A stretch of DNA of 64,000 nucleotides from Squalus acanthias (Eukaryota). The DNA lies in assembly GCA_030390025.1 (NCBI GenBank), contig CM059432.1, positions 112,718,001 through 112,782,000 of the forward strand, given 5' to 3'. Every line of letters begins with the position of its first letter. The first letter of the stretch is position 1. Of this stretch, positions 11,101-26,100 are shown in pieces. The notes beneath the pieces are model-generated. The model worked only from the letters and a program-made list of their open reading frames with translations, was not told where the DNA came from and did no database searches. A program made the position numbers and the translations under genes.

Positions 11101-14100
11101 CCCAAATTCAGACAGCGTACAGTACTAACAGTCCCAAATTCAGACAATGTACAGTACTAACAGTCCCGAATTCAGTCAGCATACAGTACTAACAGTCCCG
11201 AATTCAGACAATGTACAGTACTAACAACCCCGAATTCAGACAATGTACAGTACTAACAGTCCCGAATTCAGTCAGCGTACAGTACTAACAGTCCCGAATT
11301 CAGACAATGTACAGTACTAACAACCCCGAATTCAGACAATGTACAGTACTAACAGTCCCGAATTCAGACAATGTACAGTACTAACAGTCCCGTATTCAGA
11401 CGATGTACAGTAATAACAGTCCCGAATTCAGACAATGTACAGTACTAACAGTCCCGTATTCAGACAATGTACAGTACTAACAGTCCCGAATTCAGACAAT
11501 GTACAGTACTAACAACCCCGAATTCAGACAATGTACAGTACTAACAGTCCTGATTTCAGACAATGTACAGTACTAACAGTCCCGAATTCAGACAGCGTAC
11601 AGTACTAACAGTCCCGAATTCAGACAGCGTACAGTACTAACAGTCCCAAATTCAGACAATGTACAGTGCTAACAGTCCCGAATTCAGACAATGTACAGTA
11701 CTAACAGTCCCGTATTCAGACAATGTACAGTGCTAACAGTTCCGAATTCAGACAATGTACAGTACTAACAGTCCCGTATTCAGACAGTGTACAGTACTAA
11801 CAGTTCCGAATTCAGACAATGTACAGTATTAACAGTCCCGAATTCAGACAATGTACAGTACTAACAGTCCCGATATCAGACAATGTACAGTACTAACAAC
11901 CCCGAATTCAGACAATGTACAGTACTAACCGTCCCGAATTCAGACAATGTACAGTACTAACAGTCCCGAATTCAGACAATGTACAGTACTAACAGTCCCA
12001 AATTCAGACAATGTACAGTACTAACAGTCCCGAATTCAGACAATGTACAGTACTAACAGTTCCGAATTCAGACAATGTACAGTACTAACAGTCCCGTATT
12101 CAGACAATGTACAGTGCTAACAGTTCCGAATTCAGACAATGTACAGTACTAACAGTCCCGAATTCAGACAATGTACAGTACTAACAGTCCCGTATTCAGA
12201 CAATGTACAGTACTAACAATCCCGAATTCAGACAATGTACAGTACTAACAGTCCCGAATTCAGACAATGTACAGTACTAACAGTCCCGTATTCAGACAAT
12301 GTACAGTACTAACAGTCCCGTATTCAGACAATGTACAGTACTAACAGTCCCGAATTCAGACAATGTACAGTACTAACAGTCCCGAATTCAGAATGTACAG
12401 TACTAACTGTCCCGAATTCAGACAATGTACAGTACTAACTGTCCTGAATTCAGACAGTGTACAGTACTAACAGTCCCAGATTCAGACAATGTACAGTACT
12501 AACAGTCCCGAATTCAGTCAGCGTACAGTGCTAACAGTCCCGAATTCAGACAATGTACAGTACTAACAGTCCCGAATTCACACAGCGTACAGTACTAACA
12601 GTCCCGAATTCAGACAATGTACAGTACTAACAGTCCCGAATTCAGACAATGTACAGTACTAACAGTCCCGAATTCAGACAATGTACAGTACTAACAGTCC
12701 CGATATCAGACAATGTACAGTACTAACAACCCCGAATTCAGACAATGTACAGTACTAACAGTCCCGAATTCAGACAGCGTACAGTACTAACAGTCCCGAA
12801 TTCAGACAATGTACAGTACTAACAGTCCCGTATTCAGACTATGTACAGTGCTAACAGTTCCGAATTCAGACAATGTACAGTACTAACAGTCCCTTATTCA
12901 GACAATGTACAGTACTAACAATCCCGAATTCAGACAGCGTACAGAACTAACAGTCCCGAATTCTGACAGCGTACAGTACTAACAGTCCCGAATTCAGACA
13001 ATGTACAGTACTAACAGTCCCGAATTCAGTCAGCGTACAGTGCTAACAGTCCCGAATTCAGACAATGTACAGTACTAACAGTCCCGAATTCACACAGCGT
13101 ACAGTACTAACAGTCCCGAATTCAGACAATGTACAGTACTAACAGTCCCGAATTCAGACAATGTACAGTTCTAACAGTCTCGAATTCAGACAGCGTACAG
13201 TACTAACAGTCCCGAATTCAGACAATGTACAGTACTAACAGTCCCAAATTCAGACAATGTACAGTACTAACAGTCCCGAATTCAGACAGCGTACAGTACT
13301 AACAGTCCCAAATTCAGACAATGTACAGTACTAACAGTCCCGAATTCAGTCAGCGTACAGTACTAACAGTCCCGAATTCAAACAATGTACAGTACTAACA
13401 GTCCCGAATTCAGACAATGTACAGTACTAACAGTCCCGATATCAGACAATGTACAGTACTAACAACCCCGAATTCAGACAATGTACAGTACTAACAGTCC
13501 CGAATTCAGACAGCGTACAGTACTAACAGTCCCGAATTCAGACAATGTACAGTACTAACAGTCCCGTATTCAGACTATGTACAGTGCTAACAGTTCCGAA
13601 TTCAGACAATGTACAGTACTAACAGTCCCTAATTCAGACAATGTACAGTACTAACAGTCCCGTATTCAGACAATGTACAGTACTAACAGTCCCGAATTCA
13701 GACAATGTACAGTACTAACAGTCCCGAATTCAGACAATGTACAGTACTAACAGTCCCGTATTCAGACAATGTACTGTACTAACAACCCCGAATTCAGACA
13801 ATGTACAGTACTAACAGTCCCGAATTCAGACAATGTACAGTACTAACAGTCCCGAATTCAGACAATGTACAAAACTAACTGTCCCAAATTCAGACAATGT
13901 ACAGTACTAACAGTCCTGAATTCAGACAATGTACAGTACTAACAGTCCCGAATTCAGACAATGTACAGTACTAACAGTCCCGAATTCAGACAATGTACAG
14001 TACTAACAGTCCCGAATTCAGACAATGTACAGTACTAACAGTCCCGAATTCAGACAATGTACAGTACTGACAATCCCGAATTCAGACAATGTACAGTACT

Positions 14101-17100
14101 AACAGTCCCGAATTCAGACAATGAACAGTACTAACTGTCCCGAATTCAGACAATGTACAGTACTAACTGTCCCGAATTCAGACAGTGTACAGTACTAACA
14201 GTCCCAATTCAGACAATGTACAGTACTAAACAGTCCCGAATTCAGACAATGTACAGTACTAACAGTCCCGAATTCATACATTGTACAGTACTAACAGTCC
14301 CGAATTCAGACAATGTACAGTACTAACAATCCCGAATTCAGACAGCGTACAGAACTAACAGTCCCGAATTCTGACAGCGTACAGTACTAACAGTCCCGAA
14401 TTCAGATAATGTACAGTGCTAACAGTTCCGAATTCAGACAATGTACAGTGCTAACAGTCCCGAATTCAGACAATGTACAGTACTAACAGTTCCGAATTCA
14501 GACAATGTACAGTATTAACAGTCCCGAATTCAGACAATGTACAGTACTAACAGTCCCGATATCAGACAATGTACAGTACTAACAACCCCGAATTCAGACA
14601 ATGTACAGTACTAACCGTCCCGAATTCAGACAATGTACAGTACTAACAGTCCCGAATTCAGACAATGTACAGTACTAACAGTCCCAAATTCAGACAATGT
14701 ACAGTACTAACAGTCCCGAATTCAGACAATGTACAGTACTAACAGTTCCGAATTCAGACAATGTACAGTACTAACAGTCCCGTATTCAGACAATGTACAG
14801 TGCTAACAGTTCCGAATTCAGACAATGTACAGTACTAACAGTCCCGAATTCAGACAATGTACAGTACTAATAGTCCCGTATTCAGACAATGTACAGTACT
14901 AACAATCCCGAAGTCAGACAATGTACAGTACTAACAGTCCCGTATTCAGACAATGTACAGTACTAACAGTCCCGAATTCAGACAATGTACAGTACTAACA
15001 GTCCCGAATTCAGAATGTACAGTACTAACTGTCCCGAATTCAGACAATGTACAGTACTAACTGTCCTGAATTCAGACAGTGTACAGTACTAACAGTCCCA
15101 AATTCAGACAATGTACAGTACTAAACAGTCCCGAATTCAGACAATGTACAGTACTAACAGTCCCGAATTCAGACATTGTACAGTACTAACAGTCCCGAAT
15201 TCAGACAATGTACAGTACTAACAATCCCGAATTCAGACAGCGTACAGAACTAACAGTCCCGAATTCTGACAGCGTACAGTACTAACAGTCCCGAATTCAG
15301 ACAATGTACAGTACTAACAGTCCCGAATTCAGTCAGCGTACAGTGCTAACAGTCCCGAATTCAGACAATGTACAGTACTAACAGTCCCGAATTCACACAG
15401 CGTACAGTACTAACAGTCCCGAATTCAGACAATGTACAGTACTAACAGTCCCGAATTCAGACAATGTACAGTACTAACAATCCCGAATTCAGACAGCGTA
15501 CAGAACTAACAGTCCCGAATTCAGACAATGTACAGTACTAACAGTCCCGAATTCAGTCAGCGTACAGTGCTAACAGTCCCGAATTCAGACAATGTACAGT
15601 ACTAACAGTCCCGAATTCACACAGCGTACAGTACTAACAGTCCCGAATTCAGACAATGTACAGTACTAACAGTCCCGAATTCAGACAATGTACAGTTCTA
15701 ACAGTCTCGAATTCAGACAGCGTACAGTACTAACAGTCCCGAATTCAGACAATGTACAGTACTAACAGTCCCAAATTCAGACAATGTACAGTACTAACAG
15801 TCCCGAATTCAGACAGCGTACAGTACTAACAGTCCCAAATTCAGACAATGTACAGTACTAACAGTCCCGAATTCAGTCAGCGTACAGTACTAACAGTCCC
15901 GAATTCAAACAATGTACAGTACTAACAGTCCCGAATTCAGACAATGTACAGTACTAACAGTCCCGAATTCAGACAATGTACAGTACTAACAGTCCCGTAT
16001 TCAGACAATGTACAGTAATAACAGTCCCGAATTCAGACAATGTACAGTACTAACAGTCCCGTATTCAGACAATGTACAGTACTAACAACCCCGAATTCAG
16101 ACAATGTACAGTACTAACAGTCCTGATTTCAGACAATGTACAGTACTAACAGTCCTGAATTCAGACAATGTACAGTACTAACAGTCCCGAATTCAGACAA
16201 TGTACAGTACTAACAGTCCCGAATTCAGACAATGTACAGTACTAACAGTCCCGAATTCAGACAATGTACAGTACTAACAGTCCCGTATTCAGACAATGTA
16301 CAGTAATAACAGTCCCGAATTCAGACAATGTACAGTACTAACAGTCCCGTATTCAGACAATGTACAGTACTAACAACCCGAATTCAGACAATGTACAGTA
16401 CTAACAGTCCCGAATTCAGACAATGTACAGTACTAACAGTCCCGTATTCAGACAATGTACAGTAATAACAGTCCCGAATTCAGACAATGTACAGTACTAA
16501 CAGTCCCGTATTCAGACAATGTACAGTACTAACAACCCCGAATTCAGACAATGTACAGTACTAACAGTCCTGATTTCAGACAATGGACAGTACTAACAAC
16601 CCCAAATTAAGACAATGTACAGTACTAACAGTCCCGAATTCAGACAGCGTACAGTACTAACAGTCCCAAATTCAGACAATGTACAGTGCTAACAGTCCCG
16701 AATTCAGACAATGTACAGTACTAACAGTCCCGATATCAGACAATGTACAGTACTAACAACCCGAATTCAGACAATGTACAGTACTAACCGTCCCGAATTC
16801 AGACAATGTACAGTACTAACAGTCCCGAATTCAGACAATGTACAGTACTAACAGTCCCAAATTCAGACAATGTACAGTACTAACAGTCCCGAATTCAGAC
16901 AATGTACAGTACTAACAGTTCCGAATTCAGACAATGTACAGTACTAACAGTCCCGTATTCAGACAATGTACAGTGCTAACAGTTCCGAATTCAGACAATG
17001 TACAGTACTAACAGTCCCGAATTCAGACAATGTACAGTACTAATAGTCCCGTATTCAGACAATGTACAGTACTAACAATCCCGAAGTCAGACAATGTACA

Positions 17101-20100
17101 GTACTAACAGTCCCGTATTCAGACAATGTACAGTACTAACAGTCCCGAATTCAGACAATGTACAGTACTAACAGTCCCGAATTCAGAATGTACAGTACTA
17201 ACTGTCCCGAATTCAGACAATGTACAGTACTAACTGTCCTGAATTCAGACAGTGTACAGTACTAACAGTCCCAAATTCAGACAATGTACAGTACTAAACA
17301 GTCCCGAATTCAGACAATGTACAGTACTAACAGTCCCGAATTCAGACATTGTACAGTACTAACAGTCCCGAATTCAGACAATGTACAGTACTAACAATCC
17401 CGAATTCAGACAGCGTACAGAACTAACAGTCCCGAATTCTGACAGCGTACAGTACTAACAGTCCCGAATTCAGACAATGTACAGTACTAACAGTCCCGAA
17501 TTCAGTCAGCGTACAGTGCTAACAGTCCCGAATTCAGACAATGTACAGTACTAACAGTCCCGAATTCACACAGCGTACAGTACTAACAGTCCCGAATTCA
17601 GACAATGTACAGTACTAACAGTCCCGAATTCAGACAATGTACAGTACTAACAATCCCGAATTCAGACAGCGTACAGAACTAACAGTCCCGAATTCAGACA
17701 ATGTACAGTACTAACAATCCCGAATTCAGACAGCGTACAGAACTAACAGTCCCGAATTCTGACAGCGTACAGTACTAACAGTCCCGAATTCAGACAATGT
17801 ACAGTACTAACAGTCCCGAATTCAGTCAGCGTACAGTGCTAACAGTCCCGAATTCAGACAATGTACAGTACTAACAGTCCCGAATTCACACAGCGTACAG
17901 TACTAACAGTCCCGAATTCAGACAATGTACAGTACTAACAGTCCCGAATTCAGACAATGTACAGTTCTAACAGTCTCGAATTCAGACAGCGTACAGTACT
18001 AACAGTCCCGAATTCAGACTGTACAGTACTAACAGTCCCAAATTCAGACAATGTACAGTACTAACAGTCCCGAATTCAGACAATGTACAGTACTAACAGT
18101 CCCAAATTCAGACAATGTACAGTACTAACAGTCCCGAATTCAGTCAGCGTACAGTACTAACAGTCCGTATTCAGACAATGTACAGTAATAACAGTCCCGA
18201 ATTCAGACAATGTACAGTACTAACAGTCCCGTATTCAGACAATGTACAGTACTAACAACCCCGAATTCAGACAATGTACAGTACTAACAGTCCTGATTCA
18301 GACAATGTACAGTACTAACAGTCCTGAATTCAGACAATGTACAGTACTAACAGTCCCGAATTCAGACAATGTACAGTACTAACAGTCCCGAATTCAGACA
18401 ATGTACAGTACTAACAGTCCCGAATTCAGACAATGTACAGTACTAACAGTCCCGTATTCAGACAATGTACAGTAATAACAGTCCCGAATTCAGACAATGT
18501 ACAGTACTAACAGTCCCGTATTCAGACAATGTACAGTACTAACAACCCCGAATTCAGACAATGTACAGTACTAACAGTCCCGAATTCAGACAATGTACAG
18601 TACTAACAGTCCCGTATTCAGACAATGTACAGTAATAACAGTCCCGAATTCAGACAGCGTACAGAACTAACAGTCCCGAATTCTGACAGCGTACAGTACT
18701 AACAGTCCCGAATTCAGACAATGTACAGTACTAACAGTCCCGAATTCAGTCAGCGTACAGTGCTAACAGTCCCGAATTCAGACAATGTACAGTACTCACA
18801 GTCCCGAATTCACACAGCGTACAGTACTAACAGTCCCGAATTCAGACAATGTACAGTACTAACAGTCCCGAATTCAGACAATGTACAGTTCTAACAGTCC
18901 CGAATTCAGACAGCGTACAGTACTAACAGTCCCGAATTCAGACAATGTACAGTACTAACAGACCCAAATTCAGACAATGTACAGTACTAACAGTCCCAAA
19001 TTCAGACAGCGTACAGTACTAACAGTCCCAAATTCAGACAATGTACAGTACTAACAGTCCCGAATTCAGTCAGCGTACAGTACTAACAGTCCCGAATTCA
19101 GACAATGTACAGTACTAACAGTCCCGAATTCAGTCAGCGTACAGTGCTAACAGTCCCGAATTCAGACAATGTACAGTACTCACAGTCCCGAATTCACACA
19201 GCGTACAGTACTAACAGTCCCGAATTCAGACAATGTACAGTACTAACAGTCCCGAATTCAGACAATGTACAGTTCTAACAGTCCCGAATTCAGACAGCGT
19301 ACAGTACTAACAGTCCCGAATTCAGACAATGTACAGTACTAACAGTCCCGAATTCAGACAATGTACAGTTCTAACAGTCCCGAATTCAGACAGCGTACAG
19401 TACTAACAGTCCCGAATTCAGACAGCGTACAGTACTAACAGTCCCGAATTCAGACAATGTACAGTACTAACAGACCCAAATTCAGACAATGTACAGTACT
19501 AACAGTCCCAAATTCAGACAGCGTACAGTACTAACAGTCCCTAATTCAGACAATGTACAGTACTAACAGTCCCGAATTCAGTCAGCGTACAGTACTAACA
19601 GTCCCGAATTCAGACAATGTACAGTACTAACAACCCCGAATTCAGACAATGTACAGTACTAACAGTCCCGAATTCAGTCAGCGTACAGTACTAACAGTCC
19701 CGAATTCAGACAATGTACAGTACTAACAACCCCGAATTCAGACAATGTACAGTACTAACAGTCCCGAATTCAGACAATGTACAGTACTAACAGTCCCGTA
19801 TTCAGACAATGTACAGTAATAACAGTCCCGAATTCAGACAATGTACAGTACTAACAGTCCCGTATTCAGACAATGTACAGTACTAACAGTCCCGAATTCA
19901 GACAATGTACAGTACTAACAACCCCGAATTCAGACAATGTACAGTACTAACAGTCCTGATTTCAGACAATGTACAGTACTAACAACCCCGAATTAAGACA
20001 ATGTACAGTACTAACAGTCCCGAATTCAGACAGCGTACAGTACTAACAGTCCCAAATTCAGACAATGTACAGTGCTAACAGTCCCGAATTCAGACAATGT

Positions 20101-23100
20101 ACAGTACTAACAGTCCCGTATTCAGACAATGTACAGTGCTAACAGTTCCGAATTCAGACAATGTACAGTACTAACAGTTCCGAATTCAGACAATGTACAG
20201 TACTAACAGTCCCGAATTCAGACAATGTATAGTACTAACAGTCCCGATATCAGACAATGTACAGTACTAACAACCCCGAATTCAGACAATGTACAGTACT
20301 AACAGTCCCGAATTCAGACAATGTACAGTACTAACAGTCCCGTATTCAGACAATGTACAGTGCTAACAGTTCCGAATTCAGACAATGTACAGTACTAACA
20401 GTCCCGAATTCAGACAATGTACAGTACTAACAGTCCCGTATTCAGACAATGTACAGTACTAACAATCCCGAATTCAGACAATGTACAGTACTAACAGTCC
20501 CATATTCAGACAATGTACAGTACTAACAGTCCCGAATTCAGACAATGTACAGTACTAACAGTCCCGAATTCAGAATGTACAGTACTAACTGTCCCGAATT
20601 CAGACAATGTACAGTACTAACTGTCCCTGAATTCAGACAGTGTACAGTACTAACAGTCCCAAATTCAGACAATGTACAGTACTAAACAGTCCCGAATTCA
20701 GACAATGTACAGTACTAACAGTCCCGAATTCAGACATTGTACAGTACTAACAGTCCCGAATTCAGACAATGTACAGTACTAACAATCCCGAATTCAGACA
20801 GCGTACAGAACTAACAGTCCCGAATTCTGACAGCGTACAGTACTAACAGTCCCGAATTCAGACAATGTACAGTACTAACAGTCCCGAATTCAGTCAGCGT
20901 ACAGTGCTAACAGTCCCGAATTCAGACAATGTACAGTACTAACAGTCCCGAATTCAGACAATGTACAGTACTAACAGACCCAAATTCAGACAATGTACAG
21001 TACTAACAGTCCCAAATTCAGACAGCGTACAGTACTAACAGTCCCAAATTCAGACAATGTACAGTACTAACAGTCCCGAATTCAGTCAGCGTACAGTACT
21101 AACAGTCCCGAATTCAGACAATGTACAGTACTAACAGTCCCGAATTCAGTCAGCGTACAGTGCTAACAGTCCCGAATTCAGACAATGTACAGTACTCACA
21201 GTCCCGAATTCAGACAGCGTACAGTACTAACAGTCCCGAATTCAGACAATGTACAGTTCTAACAGTCCCGAATTCAGACAGCGTACAGTACTAACAGTCC
21301 CGAATTCAGACAATGTACAGTACTAACAGACCCAAATTCAGACAATGTACAGTACTAACAGTCCCAAATTCAGACAGCGTACAGTACTAACAGTCCCAAA
21401 TTCAGACAATGTACAGTACTAACAGTCCCGAATTCAGTCAGCGTACAGTACTAACAGTCCCGAATTCAGAGAATGTACAGTACTAACAACCCCGAATTCA
21501 GACAATGTACAGTACTAACAGTCCCGAATTCAGTCAGCGTACAGTACTAACAGTCCCGAATTCAGACAATGTACAGTACTAACAACCCCGAATTCAGACA
21601 ATGTACAGTACTAACAGTCCCGAATTCAGACAATGTACAGTACTAACAGTCCCGTATTCAGACAATGTACAGTAATAACAGTCCCGAATTCAGACAATGT
21701 ACAGTACTAACAGTCCCGTATTCAGACAATGTACAGTACTAACAGTCCCGAATTCAGACAATGTACAGTACTAACAACCCCGAATTCAGACAATGTACAG
21801 TACTAACAGTCCTGATTTCAGACAATGTACAGTACTAACAACCCCGAATTAAGACAATGTACAGTACTAACAGTCCCAAATTCAGACAATGTACAGTGCT
21901 AACAGTCCCGAATTCAGACAATGTACAGTACTAACAGTCCCGTATTCAGACAATGTACAGTGCTAACAGTTCCGAATTCAGACAATGTACAGTACTAACA
22001 GTTCCGAATTCAGACAATGTACAGTACTAACAGTCCCGAATTCAGACAATGTACAGTACTAACAGTCCCGATATCAGACAATGTACAGTACTAACAACCC
22101 CGAATTCAGACAATGTACAGTACTAACAGTCCCGAATTCAGACAATGTACAGTACTAACAGTCCCGTATTCAGACAATGTACAGTACTAACTGTCCTGAA
22201 TTCAGACAGTGTACAGTACTAACAGTCCCAAATTCAGACAATGTACAGTACTAAACAGTCCCGAATTCAGACAATGTACAGTACTAACAGTCCCGAATTC
22301 AGACATTGTACAGTACTAACAGTCCCGAATTCAGACAATGTACAGTACTAACAATCCCGAATTCAGACAGCGTACAGAACTAACAGTCCCGAATTCTGAC
22401 AGCGTACAGTACTAACAGTCCCGAATTCAGACAATGTACAGTACTAACAGTCCCGAATTCAGTCAGCGTACAGTGCTAACAGTCCCGAATTCAGACAATG
22501 TACAGTACTAACAATCCCGAATTCACACAGCGTACAGTACTAACAGTCCCGAATTCAGACAATGTACAGTACTAACAGTCCCGAATTCAGACAATGTACA
22601 GTACTAACAATCCCGAATTCAGACAGCGTACAGAACTAACAGTCCCGAATTCAGACAATGTACAGTACTAACAATCCCGAATTCAGACAGCGTACAGAAC
22701 TAACAGTCCCGAATTCTGACAGCGTACAGTACTAACAGTCCCGAATTCAGACAATGTACAGTACTAACAGTCCCGAATTCAGTCAGTGTACAGTGCTAAC
22801 AGTCCCGAATTCAGACAATGTACAGTACTAACAGTCCCGAATTCACACAGCGTACAGTACTAACAGTCCCGAATTCAGACAATGTACAGTACTAACAGTC
22901 CCGAATTCAGACAATGTACAGTTCTAACAGTCTCGAATTCAGACAGCGTACAGTACTAACAGTCCCGAATTCAGACAATGTACAGTACTAACAGTCCCAA
23001 ATTCAGACAATGTACAGTACTAACAGTCCCGAATTCAGACAATGTACAGTACTAACAGTCCCGAATTCAGACAATGTACAGTACTAACAGTCCCGAATTC

Positions 23101-26100
23101 AGACAATGTACAGTACTAACAGTCCCGAATTCAGACAGCGTACAGTACTAACAGTCCCAAATTCAGACAATGTACAGTACTAACAGTCCCGAATTCAGTC
23201 AGCGTACAGTACTAACAGTCCCGAATTCAGACAATGTACAGTACTAACAGTCCCGAATTCAGACAATGTACAGTACTAACAGTCCCGAATTCAGACAATG
23301 TACAGTACTAACAGTCCCGAATTCAGACAGCGTACAGTACTAACAGTCCCAAATTCAGACAATGTACAGTACTAACAGTCCCGAATTCAGTCAGCGTACA
23401 GTACTAACAGTCCCGAATTCAAACAATGTACAGTACTAACAGTCCCGAATTCAGACAATGTACAGTACTAACAGTCCCGAATTCAGACAATGTACAGTAC
23501 TAACAGTCCCGTATTCAGACAATGTACAGTAATAACAGTCCCGAATTCAGACAATGTACAGTACTAACAGTCCCGTATTCAGACAATGTACAGTACTAAC
23601 AACCCCGAATTCAGACAATGTACAGTACTAACAGTCCTGATTTCAGACAATGTACAGTACTAACAGTCCTGAATTCAGACAATGTACAGTACTAACAGTC
23701 CCGAATTCAGACAATGTACAGTACTAACAGTCCCGAATTCAGACAATGTACAGTACTAACAGTCCCGAATTCAGACAATGTACAGTACTAACAGTCCCGT
23801 ATTCAGACAATGTACAGTAATAACAGTCCCGAATTCAGACAATGTACAGTACTAACAGTCCCGTATTCAGACAATGTACAGTACTAACAACCCCGAATTC
23901 AGACAATGTACAGTACTAACAGTCCCAAATTCAGTCAGTGTCGATTACTAACAGTCCCGAATTCAGACAATGTACAGTACTAACAACCCGAATTCAGACA
24001 ATGTACAGTACTGACAGTCCCGAATTTACAGTGTACAGTACTAACAATCCCGAATTCAGACAATGTACAGTACTAACAGTCCCGAATTCAGACAGCGTAC
24101 AGTACTAACAACCCCGAATTCAGACAATGTACAGTACTAACAGTCCTGAATTCAGACAATGTACAGTACTAACAGTCCTGAATTCAGACAATGTACAGTA
24201 CTAACAGTCCCAAATTCAGACAATGTACAGTACTAACAGTCCCGAATTCACAGTGTACAGTACTAACAATCCCGAATTCAGACAGCATACAGTACTAACA
24301 ATCCCGAATTCAGACAATGTACAGTACTAACAGTCCCGAATTCAGACAATGTACAGTACTAACAATCCCGAATTCAGACAATGTACAGTACAAACAGTCC
24401 CGAATTCAGACAATGTACAGTACTAACAATCCCGAATTCAGACAATGTACAGTACTAACAGTCCCGAATTCAGACAGCGTACAGTACTAACAGTCCCGAA
24501 TTCAGACAATGTACAGTACTAACAGTCCCGTATTCAGACTATGTACAGTGCTAACAGTTCCGAATTCAGACAATGTACAGTACTAACAGTCCCTTATTCA
24601 GACAATGTACAGTACTAACAATCCCGAATTCAGACAGCGTACAGAACTAACAGTCCCGAATTCTGACAGCGTACAGTACTAACAGTCCCGAATTCAGACA
24701 ATGTACAGTACTAACAGTCCCGAATTCAGTCAGCGTACAGTGCTAACAGTCCCGAATTCAGACAATGTACAGTACTAACAGTCCCGAATTCACACAGCGT
24801 ACAGTACTAACAGTCCCGAATTCAGACAATGTACAGTACTAACAGTCCCGAATTCAGACAATGTACAGTTCTAACAGTCTCGAATTCAGACAGCGTACAG
24901 TACTAACAGTCCCGAATTCAGACAATGTACAGTACTAACAGTCCCAAATTCAGACAATGTACAGTACTAACAGTCCCGAATTCAGACAGCGTACAGTACT
25001 AACAGTCCCAAATTCAGACAATGTACAGTACTAACAGTCCCGAATTCAGTCAGCGTACAGTACTAACAGTCCCGAATTCAAACAATGTACAGTACTAACA
25101 GTCCCGAATTCAGACAATGTACAGTACTAACAGTCCCGATATCAGACAATGTACAGTACTAACAACCCCGAATTCAGACAATGTACAGTACTAACAGTCC
25201 CGAATTCAGACAGCGTACAGTACTAACAGTCCCGAATTCAGACAATGTACAGTACTAACAGTCCCGTATTCAGACTATGTACAGTGCTAACAGTTCCGAA
25301 TTCAGACAATGTACAGTACTAACAGTCCCTAATTCAGACAATGTACAGTACTAACAGTCCCGTATTCAGACAATGTACAGTACTAACAGTCCCGAATTCA
25401 GACAATGTACAGTACTAACAGTCCCGAATTCAGACAATGTACAGTACTAACAGTCCCGTATTCAGACAATGTACTGTACTAACAACCCCGAATTCAGACA
25501 ATGTACAGTACTAACAGTCCCGAATTCAGACAATGTACAGTACTAACAGTCCCGAATTCAGACAATGTACAAAACTAACTGTCCCAAATTCAGACAATGT
25601 ACAGTACTAACAGTCCTGAATTCAGACAATGTACAGTACTAACAGTCCCGAATTCAGACAATGTACAGTACTAACAGTCCCGAATTCAGACAATGTACAG
25701 TACTAACAGTCCCGAATTCAGACAATGTACAGTACTAACAGTCCCGAATTCAGACAATGTACAGTACTGACAATCCCGAATTCAGACAATGTACAGTACT
25801 AACAGTCCCGAATTCAGACAATGAACAGTACTAACTGTCCCGAATTCAGACAATGTACAGTACTAACTGTCCCGAATTCAGACAGTGTACAGTACTAACA
25901 GTCCCAAATTCAGACAATGTACAGTACTAAACAGTCCCGAATTCAGACAATGTACAGTACTAACAGTCCCGAATTCATACATTGTACAGTACTAACAGTC
26001 CCGAATTCAGACAATGTACAGTACTAACAATCCCGAATTCAGACAGCGTACAGAACTAACAGTCCCGAATTCTGACAGCGTACAGTACTAACAGTCCCGA

